In this document: positions 47,924 through 58,854 of the stretch, one piece after another | How positions within the stretch are numbered: the first letter of the stretch is position 1 | How the letters are laid out: each line of letters starts with the position of its first letter | Assembly (NCBI GenBank): GCA_012797845.1 | Contig: JAAZOH010000038.1 | Span: 11,919-75,918, forward strand | DNA length: 64,000 nucleotides | Source: Candidatus Beckwithbacteria bacterium | Lineage (GTDB): Bacteria; Patescibacteriota; Microgenomatia; UBA1400; UBA1449 | Direction: 5' to 3' | Made by a program: the position numbers and the translations under genes | Notes under the pieces: generated by a model | What the model saw: only the letters and a program-made list of their open reading frames with translations | What the model was told of the DNA's origin: nothing | Database searches by the model: none

Positions 47924-49288
47924 ACAACTAGCACAATCAAAAGCTAATTTGGCTGTTTTTCCTTCAAAATCTAACCCTGTTAATTCATTAATACTCCCAA
48001 TAATCCTCTTTCCATTTACTACAATTCCTAATTCTAAATTATAAGCATGACACATTGTTTGCATGCTTTGCATAAGGTTAATCATTTGTTCTCTTGTAAC
48101 TCCTCTAGGCGTGCGAGTATGTAAATTTAAATCAAGGTTTTGAGCTTCTTTAATAGGATGCCTGAGGGCTTGTGTTGTAAGAGAAATTTCTTGTAAGAAT
48201 CTGTTAAAAGCTGAAGGACGTGCTTGGGCAAAAGTTTTAATATCGGAATATGGTCCTTTTAAAGAATTCCATAAACAATATAGATCCTGCACTCCCAATA
48301 AAAGTATTGTATTCCAACTACTATAATCAATTGCTGTTGTTTGAGCTTCTAAATCATCAATAACATCGAGACATATAGAACAAAACACTTGCCTAATTCC
48401 AGCTTGGGAAAATAATTGAAGTTGTCTTGAAAGTGCTTCTGTAAGACATTCTTGTGTTGTTTGGCCTTGTGTATCAAATATATTATGATCTATATTGAGT
48501 CTTCCTTGATAAAATTTATATATTTTATGCATTAAACCAAGTTGAGCTTGATGAATGGTTGTGTCATTTACTTGTCCACGATTTTTAGCATCTTTGGCTA
48601 GCGAAAGAATATCAAGTTCTTCACCAGTTGATGCTGTTAATTTTCCAGTAATAATTTGTTGAATCAATTCTTGATTTATTCCTATAACACCAATAGCTCC
48701 AATACCCAAAGGATCTAATAATATATTTAGAAAATTACTTTTATCTGGTAATGTATTTCCTATTGGGATGTAAAAATCTGGGTGTCTATCAAAAACCAAC
48801 CAACCAACTTGTCCAAGGTCAACGCCTGCTTGTTCTAAAGTATGGGCTAAGTAAGCATCATGACCATGATTTGAAGTTATAAAACACACACTTCTGTCTG
48901 AATTTGTATCCAAGACATCAGCGTAAAAAGTTGATAAACCTATCTCATTAACATTGGCAGGATAATTTCCACCTATGAGATTAATAGCACTATCTAAACC
49001 GTCTGGGGCTTTTTTAAGACCTTTAACAATTCTAATAATTTGAGATTTATCAAGTTGGGAACATAGATTAGTTTCTTCCAAAACAAGAGTAATCCAGCGT
49101 GAATCTTGTGTTGTGCATTCTTTTCTACATGCCTGAATTAAACCTAGATTTCCTCTAAACAAAGAAGGATTAAATACCTTTATAAGCTCTAATATAGGTA
49201 AAACGTCAGTTGCATCCCCTTCTAATCGAGGAGTAATTATAATTTCAGAATGTGGTCTTAAAGTCTCTCCTAATTCTCTATTTTTCAT
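47909..49288 (-). CDS. hypothetical protein (possible arginase/deacetylase-like fold)
   Basis: VFDRHPDF and CSICLDVIDD resemble ureohydrolase metal-binding motifs. Weak assignment. Confidence 0.3.
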   Translation of the reverse strand: MKNRELGETLRPHSEIIITPRLEGDATDVLPILELIKVFNPSLFRGNLGLIQACRKECTTQDSRWITLVLEETNLCSQLDKSQIIRIVKGLKKAPDGLDSAINLIGGNYPANVNEIGLSTFYADVLDTNSDRSVCFITSNHGHDAYLAHTLEQAGVDLGQVGWLVFDRHPDFYIPIGNTLPDKSNFLNILLDPLGIGAIGVIGINQELIQQIITGKLTASTGEELDILSLAKDAKNRGQVNDTTIHQAQLGLMHKIYKFYQGRLNIDHNIFDTQGQTTQECLTEALSRQLQLFSQAGIRQVFCSICLDVIDDLEAQTTAIDYSSWNTILLLGVQDLYCLWNSLKGPYSDIKTFAQARPSAFNRFLQEISLTTQALRHPIKEAQNLDLNLHTRTPRGVTREQMINLMQSMQTMCHAYNLELGIVVNGKRIIGSINELTGLDFEGKTAKLAFDCASCLLHN

Positions 49289-49331
49289 AGTAGTTGAGGC
49301 AGAGGAAGTTATTGTATCAAAAATATGAAAA

Positions 49332-50393
49332 TTAGCTATAAAATAAATCTAATTGCTTGCTTGCCCGCTTTTTCTCTGAAATCGGGACTTTAGCTTTACT
49401 AATCGCTTTTCGCAAAATTTCAATATTTTGGTCATAAAGCTCCCTATCTACTGGATAAGGAATGCCATCTTTACCGCCATGAGCAAAACTGTATTGCACC
49501 GGATCTTCAAAAGATGGCTTGGCTCCGGCTAAAACTTCTGCTAAAAGCGTTAGAGCCCGTAAAGTTTTAGGGCCAAGATTAGGTGTCAGTAAAACATCAG
49601 AAAAGGTTTTAGCTTGCTCTTGGTAGGTTTGTAGTAGTACTTTTTCCAGATAGATAGGTTTGAGATCAGTAGTTTTGATATAGTGACGACTAGGCAAATC
49701 CAGAAGTACTAGTTTTTTCCACTCTTTCAAAATTTTATCTGGCTTTTCTTTGCTAATTTCAGTTATAGTTTGGCGGGAGCTGCGGCTTTTTTTTGCAACT
49801 AAGTTAAGTGGTTTGGTTTTAGTGTTACAAACTATGGCTTGATGAGGATTGTTAACAAAACTTTGCAAACTATCAGACAACCAATGATAACGGCGGGCAT
49901 AACGGGTTTCACTATTCATCCCCTGCTGAACTACGGCCCAATTACCGTTTTTATCAAAAAAGAAATTATGGTGGTAGAGCTGAAAGCCATCTTGTAAAGC
50001 CGTATTGTCAACTTTAGCTGAGAGTTTTGAAGCTTTGATTAATCGAAGTGACTGCTTATTACCAGAGTTGGCAATTTCTTGTGGGGTTTTTCGGGAAGTG
50101 CCACCCTTACCGCCGCAGATAAACAGGCCCAGGTCCTGTTCTAAACCTTTAATACCTTCTTTCAAAGCGCCGCAAGTTGTGGTTGTCAGACCACTGCTGT
50201 GCCAGTCAAAGCCCAAAACACAACCCAAAGATTGAAACCAAACCGGATGAGAAATCCGGCGTAAAAATTCATGACTGCCATACTCACTAACAATAAAAAT
50301 CGTAATTTCCCGGGACAAAGCTACCATCCGTTTGAAAAGCCAAGAAGGAGCTTTGCCACCATGAAGAGGTAGATTAGCAATGCCGGTTTTCAT
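49332..50393 (-). CDS. DUF763 domain protein
   Basis: MKTGIANLPLHGGKAPSWLFKRM N-terminus characteristic of DUF763. Confidence 0.45.
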   Translation of the reverse strand: MKTGIANLPLHGGKAPSWLFKRMVALSREITIFIVSEYGSHEFLRRISHPVWFQSLGCVLGFDWHSSGLTTTTCGALKEGIKGLEQDLGLFICGGKGGTSRKTPQEIANSGNKQSLRLIKASKLSAKVDNTALQDGFQLYHHNFFFDKNGNWAVVQQGMNSETRYARRYHWLSDSLQSFVNNPHQAIVCNTKTKPLNLVAKKSRSSRQTITEISKEKPDKILKEWKKLVLLDLPSRHYIKTTDLKPIYLEKVLLQTYQEQAKTFSDVLLTPNLGPKTLRALTLLAEVLAGAKPSFEDPVQYSFAHGGKDGIPYPVDRELYDQNIEILRKAISKAKVPISEKKRASKQLDLFYS

Positions 50394-50472
50394 AAACTCA
50401 TTTTAGCATTGCTTTTTTAGTTTGTATTTTCTCAACAAATATTCAACAAAAACTCATACTATTCTTTGGTAT

Positions 50473-51312
50473 ATGAAAAAAATAACCTTGTTAGTCTTCG
50501 CTATTATATTTTTAGTTTTACCTACAAGTGCCTATGCCCAGTGGGATGATTGTATGAAAGGTTTAGAAAATGATCCCTATCCCGGTAGTTGTGGCCGTTA
50601 CATTGACACTGACGGTGATGGAATTTGCGATCATAGTCAACCAGCTCCTGAAGATAGAGAAACTACTATTAGTACTAGTAGTACAAGCGAAACCACAAAT
50701 GCTGTGAGTGGAGTTGACCCCATGGAGTTAATTACTGGTGAGGATTTAAAATACAAAACTGTGGCTGAAGTTGCCCAGCTTTATCAGCTTAATCTTGATG
50801 AATTCATCAACGCTTTAAAAGAAAAAACTGGCATCAAGGCTATTTCGGCAAACACCAGCTTCATCTATTTGCATGACAACTATGGTCTTTCGCCTAATAC
50901 AGTCAAAACTATTGCAACAGCTTTGTGGGAGCAAAACCAAGGAAACGCTCAAGCCTTGTCTCAGGTTCAGACCACAACTACTCAACAGCAAACTAAAAAT
51001 AATTACTATTTTTTGCTCCTTAGTTTGGGTTTAATAGGAAGCTATTTGGTTACTTTTGTACTCTCTAGATTAAACATTATTTCTACTATTAAACATCGCC
51101 AGATTTGGAATATCTTTTTAAGTGCCACTTTTTTGGCTACCGGACTTTTAGGAATTTTACTAGTGCTACGACTTTCATATGGATTAGTTATTCCCCTACC
51201 TTTCAATATGTTGTTCTGGCATGTAGAAACCGGGATTGCTTTTACTATGATTGCTCTGTTTCATGTGCTTTGGCACATTCCTTACTATAAGAGCATTTGG
51301 CCAAAAAAATAG
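50473..51312 (+). CDS. secreted protein with C-terminal TM segments
   Basis: Signal peptide MKKITLLVFAIIFLVLPTSAYA. Confidence 0.45.
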   Translation: MKKITLLVFAIIFLVLPTSAYAQWDDCMKGLENDPYPGSCGRYIDTDGDGICDHSQPAPEDRETTISTSSTSETTNAVSGVDPMELITGEDLKYKTVAEVAQLYQLNLDEFINALKEKTGIKAISANTSFIYLHDNYGLSPNTVKTIATALWEQNQGNAQALSQVQTTTTQQQTKNNYYFLLLSLGLIGSYLVTFVLSRLNIISTIKHRQIWNIFLSATFLATGLLGILLVLRLSYGLVIPLPFNMLFWHVETGIAFTMIALFHVLWHIPYYKSIWPKK

Positions 51313-51359
51313 AGATCAAAATATATTTGATCTCTATTTTAAAATAATTGCCAATCTTT

Positions 51360-51626
51360 TTACTCTAAATCAGAAAAATCTTCATTCAGAATTTTAGTAT
51401 TATCCAATTCTTGTTCAATAGTTTTTAAAGAAGTATCATCTGAAATTGGTTCTTGCGTTGCTTCTGTCTTTTCAGTTTGATCTTCTGAGTTTTGGCTCAT
51501 TGATTGTTGAGTATTAGTATTTTGATTCTGGTTTTGACTACCCTGTTGTTTCATTGGTTGAGCAGTACAAGCAGTTAGAATTAGAGGGCTAATTATAAGA
51601 ATGAAAGATAAAAGAATTTTTTTCAT
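51360..51626 (-). CDS. small lipoprotein, Gln/Asn-rich
   Basis: Signal plus LTAC lipobox. Confidence 0.5.
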   Translation of the reverse strand: MKKILLSFILIISPLILTACTAQPMKQQGSQNQNQNTNTQQSMSQNSEDQTEKTEATQEPISDDTSLKTIEQELDNTKILNEDFSDLE

Positions 51627-51638
51627 AAATTTATAGTG

Positions 51639-52235
51639 TTAATTAATAATACCGGCATCAATTTTAAGCTGAGCAATAGCTTCGTGAATAAGCTCTACAG
51701 TAGCTTTAAATTGTTCGCGAGTTTGTGTTGTTAATTCTCTGGCAGCACGAATTTGTTCATCCTGGCCTTCATTGCTAGTAATAGCGGCAAAGGCAGCCTG
51801 AGCTTCTTTGCTTGTAGCTGTTGCTTTATCTAGTTTGACCTGAGCTTCATCTAGTTTGGCCTGAGCTTCGGTCATATCTTTGCCGTTGTTGACTTCATTA
51901 GTAATTCTAGTTTGAATTTTGGCAATTAATTGACTTAGCCTAGTAATATAATTCTGAAATCGTTCCTGTAATTGTTCTCGATGTTTTTCAGCAATTTCTA
52001 TACGTTTTTGCTGGCGGTTTTGTTGTGACTCCTCTAATTTATTTTGGATACTTTCCCGATGTTCCTGAATTTGAGTTTGGACTTGCTCTTTTTTCTCTAA
52101 AAACTGCTCTTGCCGATCTCTAAGATTAGCGGCGGCCGTAGCTGTGCCTCTGTTAACTGGCCCCATAGCTAAAGCGGTTTGGGCCGATAAAACAATTAAA
52201 AAGACTAAATTAAAAAAGATTAAGATTTTTTTCAT
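51639..52235 (-). CDS. secreted coiled-coil protein
   Basis: Signal peptide; Gln/Glu/Arg-rich heptads. Confidence 0.45.
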   Translation of the reverse strand: MKKILIFFNLVFLIVLSAQTALAMGPVNRGTATAAANLRDRQEQFLEKKEQVQTQIQEHRESIQNKLEESQQNRQQKRIEIAEKHREQLQERFQNYITRLSQLIAKIQTRITNEVNNGKDMTEAQAKLDEAQVKLDKATATSKEAQAAFAAITSNEGQDEQIRAARELTTQTREQFKATVELIHEAIAQLKIDAGIIN

Positions 52236-52350
52236 ATAAAATACGCTACTAAGTCACTCTTAGTAGTTTAGATTTGCAATAATTCTAACTAAATCTATTA
52301 TTATTGTTTTGGGGCAGATATGCAAGTCTGGCCTAGTGTTACAATAAAGT

Positions 52351-54225
52351 ATGGGTCAATCAAGAACAATAAAAACCAGTTTTTTGACTAAACTGCTAAG
52401 TAAAAAACCTTCTTCATTTGTTGTGATGGGAATATTTGTCGTCTTAACAATTGCATTATATGCTGTTTCTTTATCTCATGAATTTGTTTTAGATAGTATC
52501 CAACACATTGTTAACAATGTGTTTGTTCGAGACCTGAACCAGACTATTCAAAAATATGGTTTTAAAAATCCAAGATTTTTGGGATATCTAAGTTTTGCGC
52601 TTAATTATGAATTGGTTAAGCTTGATCCTTTTTTCTTTCAACTAACCAATATCTTGATTCATATTGCTAATGCCTTTTTAGTTTGGAAATTAGGCAGCGC
52701 TTTTCTTTCTTTACCATTGTTTGAAAAAACCAAATTCAAACAAGATAAAAACTGGTTGGCTTTATTACTGGCTTTACTTTTTTTGCTTCATCCTTTGCAA
52801 ACTCAGGCAGTCAATTACATTATTCAGCGTTTTGTTTTACTAGTAACGTTTTTTTATTTGCTGACCTTCTATTTATTTACTCTCAGTTTTTTAGCTAAAG
52901 ATAAAGCTATAAGAAATAGATTGCTTATAGCTACTGCCCTATCCATAATGATGGCATTTTTTTCCAAAGAAACTGCCTATACATTACCTCTTATGTTAGG
53001 AATTTATTATCTATTTTTTATTGTTTTCGATCTTGATTTTAGAAAGCTAATAAAATATGTCCCAATAGTAGGTGTTGTTTTGGGTGTTATGTGGCTTTTG
53101 TTTGATAAAGCCTATGATATAGCTACTGTATTTAAACCTCAATTATCTCCGGCTACCGGAGTTTGGTTGAACAGTTCCACCTACCTATTTACTCAATTTC
53201 GGGTTTTAGTCAAATACATACAACTGTTAATTTTGCCTTATTCGCAAAATTTTGATTACTACTTTCCACCCTCTCAAAGCCTTTTTGAACCATTAGTTTT
53301 ACTTAGTTTAATAGTTTTACTGCTTATAATCAGCCTTGCCTACTTTTTATATAAGCAAAATCGATTACTCACATTTGGTATTGCCTGGTTTTTTATAAGC
53401 TTGCTAGTAACTTCATCAATTATTCCAATTAGTGATGTAATTGTTGAACATCGTTTATATCTGACGATGTTTGGTTTTGCCTTAACTTTGGTTTTTTCCG
53501 TCTATGCTCTAGTTAGAGAAAATATGGAAAAAACAATGATAATTTTTGTCCCAATCTTGCTGCTTTATAGTGGTTTAACGTTACATCGTAACTATATCTG
53601 GCGCAGTGATATTAGCTTATGGCAAGATGTTATCAAAAAAGCTCCGCAAAACTTACGAGCCTACAACAGTTTGGCTACCAGTCTGATCGAAGACGGCAAA
53701 CTAAATGAAGCCAAATCATACCTGGAAGATATTATTACTCGTAATCCTAAATATGTTTATGGCTATAACAATCTTGGGACTATTGCGGAGAAACAAAGCA
53801 AACTTGATGAAGCACTTATGTATTACCAGAAAACTTTAGCTATTGATTCGGATAATGCTATGGCATTACACAATATTGGATCTATCTATTTCAAACAAGG
53901 CAATAGTACAGAAGCTGCTAAATATTTGGACAAAGCTGAGCAATTTATTGGAAACAATAAGGCTAATGCTAACGTTTATGTCAATATTGGAGTAGCTAAA
54001 TTTAATGAAGGCAATTATGAAGCTGCATATCAAAGTTTTAAAACTGCTTTGGAATTAGAACCAGAAAATACCAAAGCTTTAAATAATATGGGCATAGTCT
54101 ATGCTCAGAAAGGTGATTTGAACACAGCTATTGCCTATTTTGAAAAAGTTTTAAAACTGGATCCCAAAAACCGCGATGCTCAAAATAATTTACAACGAGC
54201 ACTTAAACTAAAAGAAGGAAACTAA
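52351..54225 (+). CDS. GT-C/PMT-like membrane glycosyltransferase with C-terminal TPR repeats
   Basis: Polytopic N-terminal half; C-terminal 34-aa TPR-like repeats (AYNSLA..., GYNNLG..., ALHNIG...). Confidence 0.55.
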   Translation: MGQSRTIKTSFLTKLLSKKPSSFVVMGIFVVLTIALYAVSLSHEFVLDSIQHIVNNVFVRDLNQTIQKYGFKNPRFLGYLSFALNYELVKLDPFFFQLTNILIHIANAFLVWKLGSAFLSLPLFEKTKFKQDKNWLALLLALLFLLHPLQTQAVNYIIQRFVLLVTFFYLLTFYLFTLSFLAKDKAIRNRLLIATALSIMMAFFSKETAYTLPLMLGIYYLFFIVFDLDFRKLIKYVPIVGVVLGVMWLLFDKAYDIATVFKPQLSPATGVWLNSSTYLFTQFRVLVKYIQLLILPYSQNFDYYFPPSQSLFEPLVLLSLIVLLLIISLAYFLYKQNRLLTFGIAWFFISLLVTSSIIPISDVIVEHRLYLTMFGFALTLVFSVYALVRENMEKTMIIFVPILLLYSGLTLHRNYIWRSDISLWQDVIKKAPQNLRAYNSLATSLIEDGKLNEAKSYLEDIITRNPKYVYGYNNLGTIAEKQSKLDEALMYYQKTLAIDSDNAMALHNIGSIYFKQGNSTEAAKYLDKAEQFIGNNKANANVYVNIGVAKFNEGNYEAAYQSFKTALELEPENTKALNNMGIVYAQKGDLNTAIAYFEKVLKLDPKNRDAQNNLQRALKLKEGN

Positions 54226-54677
54226 TGATATTTTGGCAAAGTATTTTTATCATAGCTTACAGCTTATTTGCCCTATCTGGTTTTTGCCTAGGGCTTAGGC
54301 AAAGCAGCAAAAAACACAATGCGTTTGGTAATCATCCAATTTTTAATTTGATTGGCGCTTTTGTTTGGGGTGATTGCGTAGTTTTTGGCTTATTTTGGTT
54401 TTTAGTGGGGATTGTGGTTTTACTCTTGCAAAATTGGTGGCTATTTTGGTTGGCTCAATCGGCTTTTTGGTTTGTTCGGAGTTTTGGAGAAACGATATAT
54501 TGGCTAAATCAGCAATACTCCCAGCGGATGCGTAATCCACCTCAAAAATTTTGGCTATTTAAAATTTTTAAAAATGAATCAGTTTGGTTTATCAATCAAA
54601 TTGCTTGGCAATGTTTGGCAGTTGTTAGTTTGATTTTGACGATTTATTTTACGAATTTGTGGTTGCAAAGCTTATGA
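54225..54677 (+). CDS. membrane protein
   Basis: 4 TM, Trp-rich. Confidence 0.35.
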   Translation: MIFWQSIFIIAYSLFALSGFCLGLRQSSKKHNAFGNHPIFNLIGAFVWGDCVVFGLFWFLVGIVVLLLQNWWLFWLAQSAFWFVRSFGETIYWLNQQYSQRMRNPPQKFWLFKIFKNESVWFINQIAWQCLAVVSLILTIYFTNLWLQSL

Positions 54678-55384
54678 ATACATATCACCAAGAATTATTA
54701 TTAGAAATAAAACAAGAGGCTAAACAAAACCCAGTTTCTTCTAAGCACACAAATAGTTATTCAGGAACAAAAAACTATAGTTACCCCCTATCGAATCAGC
54801 AAAGACGAAATATTGTTAAACGATTTATAAAAAAACATAGCAATATAAGTGTTGAAACAATGATTGAACTACTTAATTCGTTATATGAAAGTAAGTCATA
54901 TGATGAAAAAACTATGGCAGGAATGATTCTTGATACCGTGAAGCATTTGAAATCTCAAATCAAACCTGAATATTTAGATGTATGGCTTAATAATTTAGAA
55001 GGTTGGTCTGAAGTGGATTCATTGTGTCAATCTAAATTTGGTGCAGAAGACTTTTTGACTTATTGGATTGACTGGCAAAAACTGATTAAAAATTTAGCTA
55101 AAAATAATAATATTAATAAACAAAGAGCGTCTTTGGTCTTACTAACTAAGCCAGTTAGAGATTTAAAAAACGAGCAATTCAAATATTTGGCTTTAGAAGT
55201 TGTCAAAAAATTAAAAGATAGACGTGAAATTTTAATTACCAAAGCTATTTCTTGGTTACTTAGGGATATGATTAAAAACTATCGTCAAGAAGTTAAAAAC
55301 TTTTTAATTTTATATAAAGATAGTTTGCCAAAAATTGCAATTAGAGAAACCAATACAAAATTAGCAACTGGGAAGAAAACTTAA
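54659..55384 (+). CDS. DNA alkylation repair (AlkD-like HEAT repeat) protein
   Basis: All-helical. MIELLNSLYESKSYDEKTMAGMIL resembles the DNA_alkylation family. Confidence 0.45.
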   Translation: MVAKLMNTYHQELLLEIKQEAKQNPVSSKHTNSYSGTKNYSYPLSNQQRRNIVKRFIKKHSNISVETMIELLNSLYESKSYDEKTMAGMILDTVKHLKSQIKPEYLDVWLNNLEGWSEVDSLCQSKFGAEDFLTYWIDWQKLIKNLAKNNNINKQRASLVLLTKPVRDLKNEQFKYLALEVVKKLKDRREILITKAISWLLRDMIKNYRQEVKNFLILYKDSLPKIAIRETNTKLATGKKT

Positions 55385-55857
55385 TACTTTTTTATAACTT
55401 CTTCAGTATCACTTATATTGATAATCAAATTATTTTTATCTTGCAGAAATATTTCCAAATCATTAAGCAGGCCTTTGATTTTGATATAATTTTTAGCTTC
55501 CACAGGAGTGACCCATTTATAATCAGAATGTTCAGGTGAAAGTTTAATTTTACTAGTTTTAGTAGTAGCCCAAAAGGTAATGCCAAAAATTTCTCTGTGA
55601 GCAGTTTTTTCGCCCCTATAAAAATGCCAGATTCGTAAAACTTTTTTAAGCTCCAAATCAGTCATACCAGTTTCTTCCAATACCTCTCTTTTTAATGCTT
55701 GTTCAAAACCTTCAAAATGATCAAGACGACCATAACCAAATTCCCACTCATCATTATTGAAATCATGAATTCGTCTAAGGATTAGAATTTTACCAGTTGT
55801 TTTGTGCTCGATAATAGCACCAACTCCGATCATAAAATGTCCGATCTTGTTGATCAT
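55381..55857 (-). CDS. NUDIX hydrolase
   Basis: Nudix box ...REVLEETGM. Confidence 0.65.
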   Translation of the reverse strand: MINKIGHFMIGVGAIIEHKTTGKILILRRIHDFNNDEWEFGYGRLDHFEGFEQALKREVLEETGMTDLELKKVLRIWHFYRGEKTAHREIFGITFWATTKTSKIKLSPEHSDYKWVTPVEAKNYIKIKGLLNDLEIFLQDKNNLIINISDTEEVIKKY

Positions 55858-55866
55858 AGTTTTATA

Positions 55867-57363
55867 TTATAGTTGATAAACTAGAAAGTACTGATTTGGA
55901 TCACCTCTTGGAATCCTCTTAACTTCTGCGACATTCCAAGTTTTGGGGATTTCCTGATTATGGTGGAGTAAAATTAAGGCTTTATTTGTTGATTGAGTTA
56001 TAGATATTGGTAGTTGCTGTGGTAAATCCTTACCAAGTTCAAAAGCTGGTTCAATTTGATAAAGATTAGCTTTGTTTAAATAAAGTGGCAAACCGGAAGA
56101 AAGTAGGGTTTCATTTTCAGTGAAAATTTTGATAGGAATATTTTTATCTAAATAGTTAGTATTGATAAATGTTACTAGCTCATCAAAACCATAACCTGAT
56201 GGCCAGCCTTCCAAATATTGCCAAGCTTCAATTTGAGGCAGATTGGCATGTCTAACATCAAAGAGCAGTTGATAATCTAGGCTTAAATTAGGAATTAAAA
56301 CTAATATTAGTAGGCTAATTTGAAAAAACTTGTTTTTGACATAGTTCAAAAGATGATCAATCCCAATAGCTATTAAGATTGCAAAAGCTACAAAAGTAAA
56401 TAGAAAGTAACGGGGAAAATACATTTTGGCAGTAATGATTTCAAAACTAATTGGCAGTAAAATCCAAGCAAGTAAAATGATTGCAGAAGTGGTTTGCTTT
56501 TTGGCATATAGATAAAAACCAAACAAAAACAAAATAAGCAATGGAACTTGATAATAAGTCAAAAGCCAAAGTAGCGTTGAATACACATTGTTACGCCATA
56601 AGCTTAAAGGCAGTTTGCTAAGTTCTGCAAAAGAAAGTAGGAAGATGCTGTTTTTAGGGCCAATGTTCCAAGTTAATGATGATATATATTGTAAGGCTTG
56701 GATAAAAAAAGCTACAACCAAAACCGTGCTGCTTTGTAAAATCAGCGTTTTTAATTGCGATTTTTTCAACTTTTTGCGATTAGAAATAAATAGTATTACT
56801 ACTGAAAGAAGATAAAGAATGACAAAAAAATAGGCAATTGATTTGGTTAGTAAAGCTATTCCAAGTATGACTCCATTTAGTAAAGCAAATTGCCACTTTT
56901 GAGTTTTAAATTGCTTAAAAGTCCAAAGCAAAATTAAACTGGCCAGAAACATCAAAAAACTATCTCGCATCAGAATCCGGTCATAAAAAAGCGTAAAGGG
57001 GCTGATTAGATATAATAGTGCTGCAAGTAAGCCAATTTTATGATTGCCCAATTCTTTACCTAAAAAATATAAAGTGATCAAGGCTCCTAGACCTGAAAAA
57101 ACAGAAATTAATCTGCCAGCTAGTAAAAAATACTTACTTCCCAACAGCCAACTTATGCTGGTTAGTAAAAAGAAAAACAGTTGTTGGCCATCAGTCAAAG
57201 AAATATCCCAGTACTTAGCTGGATTAGAGATAATTAATCTGGTCCAATTGAGATACAAAGCTTCGTCGTTGAAGATAGGTAAAACTTGGATATTAATAAG
57301 TCGAACTAGAACATACACAAAGCCTAAGGCAATCAAAATCAAACTTTTTTTGTTGATAGTCAT
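55867..57363 (-). CDS. GT-C family membrane glycosyltransferase (ArnT/PMT-like)
   Basis: ~12 TM, 498 aa. Confidence 0.45.
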   Translation of the reverse strand: MTINKKSLILIALGFVYVLVRLINIQVLPIFNDEALYLNWTRLIISNPAKYWDISLTDGQQLFFFLLTSISWLLGSKYFLLAGRLISVFSGLGALITLYFLGKELGNHKIGLLAALLYLISPFTLFYDRILMRDSFLMFLASLILLWTFKQFKTQKWQFALLNGVILGIALLTKSIAYFFVILYLLSVVILFISNRKKLKKSQLKTLILQSSTVLVVAFFIQALQYISSLTWNIGPKNSIFLLSFAELSKLPLSLWRNNVYSTLLWLLTYYQVPLLILFLFGFYLYAKKQTTSAIILLAWILLPISFEIITAKMYFPRYFLFTFVAFAILIAIGIDHLLNYVKNKFFQISLLILVLIPNLSLDYQLLFDVRHANLPQIEAWQYLEGWPSGYGFDELVTFINTNYLDKNIPIKIFTENETLLSSGLPLYLNKANLYQIEPAFELGKDLPQQLPISITQSTNKALILLHHNQEIPKTWNVAEVKRIPRGDPNQYFLVYQL

Positions 57364-57390
57364 AGGAAAAGTATAACAGAAGAATCAAAG

Positions 57391-58164
57391 TTATAGTTGA
57401 ATTTCTATCCCGATTGGGCAATGGTCTGAACCCATGACTTCAGGCATAATAAAGGCATTGGTAACTTTGGGAGCAAAAACACTATTTACAAAAAAATAAT
57501 CAATCCGCCAGCCGACATTCCGCTGCCTAGCTCTAGTTCTTTGGCTCCACCAAGAATACTGATCAGGTTTTTGGTTGAATACTCTAAATGTATCAATAAA
57601 GCCACTGGCTATGACTTTATCTAGCCAGGCTCTCTCCTCTGGCAAAAAGCCAGAAATAGTTTCATTTTCTTTGGGTCTGGCTAGGTCAATAGGTTTGTGA
57701 GCTGTGTTAACATCTCCACAGAAAATCACATTCTTTCCTTGCTTAGTCAGCTTGCTGACTGTTTCTAAAAACTCATCATAAAATTTCATTTTATAAGCAA
57801 GCCGTTCTTTCGAGGCTTTGCCATTAGGAAAATAGACGTTAAACAGCAAAAAATCATCGTATTCAGTCAGGGCTACCCGACCTTCCTCGTCTATGCCATC
57901 ATACTTTAGGCCAAAACTAGCTTGTTTGGGTTTTATCTTGGTATATGTAGCCACTCCGCTATAACCAGCTTTAGCAGCTGAACTAAAATAACTATGGTAA
58001 TTAGGAATATTTTTTAAACTTTTATCAAGCTGGTTAGGATTAGCTTTGGTTTCCTGTAAACATAAAATATCTGGCTGAACTTTTTCGAGCCAAGGGGCAA
58101 AGCCTTTTCTAGCAATAGCTCTAATACCATTAACATTCCAGGAAATAAGAGTCAATTTTGACAT
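57391..58164 (-). CDS. xth: exodeoxyribonuclease III
   Basis: LISWNVNGIRA and LCLQETK motifs. Confidence 0.8.
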   Translation of the reverse strand: MSKLTLISWNVNGIRAIARKGFAPWLEKVQPDILCLQETKANPNQLDKSLKNIPNYHSYFSSAAKAGYSGVATYTKIKPKQASFGLKYDGIDEEGRVALTEYDDFLLFNVYFPNGKASKERLAYKMKFYDEFLETVSKLTKQGKNVIFCGDVNTAHKPIDLARPKENETISGFLPEERAWLDKVIASGFIDTFRVFNQKPDQYSWWSQRTRARQRNVGWRIDYFFVNSVFAPKVTNAFIMPEVMGSDHCPIGIEIQL

Positions 58165-58166
58165 AA

Positions 58167-58772
58167 TTAAAACAAACCGATTTGTTTACTATCATTATTT
58201 TCTTTTAAAGAAAAATCCAAAACCACTTTTTGGACTTGGTTCCATTTGTTTCTGAACTGAATTTCTCCATGTCGCACAATATAATCATACACATCTCGAG
58301 TTATGGCTACATCAGCTTCGCAGTAACTTTGCAGTTTTTGCAAGCTTTGAGGATCGCCTTTAGCCCAGTATAACACAGCGTTTAAGCCCTGATCAGTTTT
58401 AGTGTGTCCCAGGCTGTCTCGAGCTAAGGTGCTCAGCCCTACTCTTTTACCAAAATTTTTGTAAATCTGTTCTAAAATGTCAAAATGAGCTAAGCTTTTG
58501 AGATCAATAGAAGTGTATGGTTGGAGAGCTGGGACATCAAAATGAAGAGAGTTAAAACCAATAACCCGGTCAGCTTCTTTGAAATATTGCCACAACTTGT
58601 CAAAATCTTTTTCCCAAAAGCTTTGCATTTGCCCGCTAAGCTCTTGTTGATCTTGATCAACTTCGCGAATATAGGCTGAAACTACGGAAACACCTAGTTT
58701 TCCAGGGTCCTTGCTGCCCACATCGCTGAAAATCTGTTTGGTTTCGACGTCAAAGATGACTTGCTTTGGCAT
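58167..58772 (-). CDS. DEDD-type 3'-5' exonuclease-like protein
   Basis: VIFDVETK (Exo I), HFDVPAL (Exo II-like), YCEADVAITRDVY (Exo III-like). Confidence 0.4.
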   Translation of the reverse strand: MPKQVIFDVETKQIFSDVGSKDPGKLGVSVVSAYIREVDQDQQELSGQMQSFWEKDFDKLWQYFKEADRVIGFNSLHFDVPALQPYTSIDLKSLAHFDILEQIYKNFGKRVGLSTLARDSLGHTKTDQGLNAVLYWAKGDPQSLQKLQSYCEADVAITRDVYDYIVRHGEIQFRNKWNQVQKVVLDFSLKENNDSKQIGLF

Positions 58773-58854
58773 AAGGTATAAATTAGACTTGTTACAAAAT
58801 TAACAACAAGCCTATTATTATAAATAGCTCAAGTTCTAAATTACAAATGCAAAT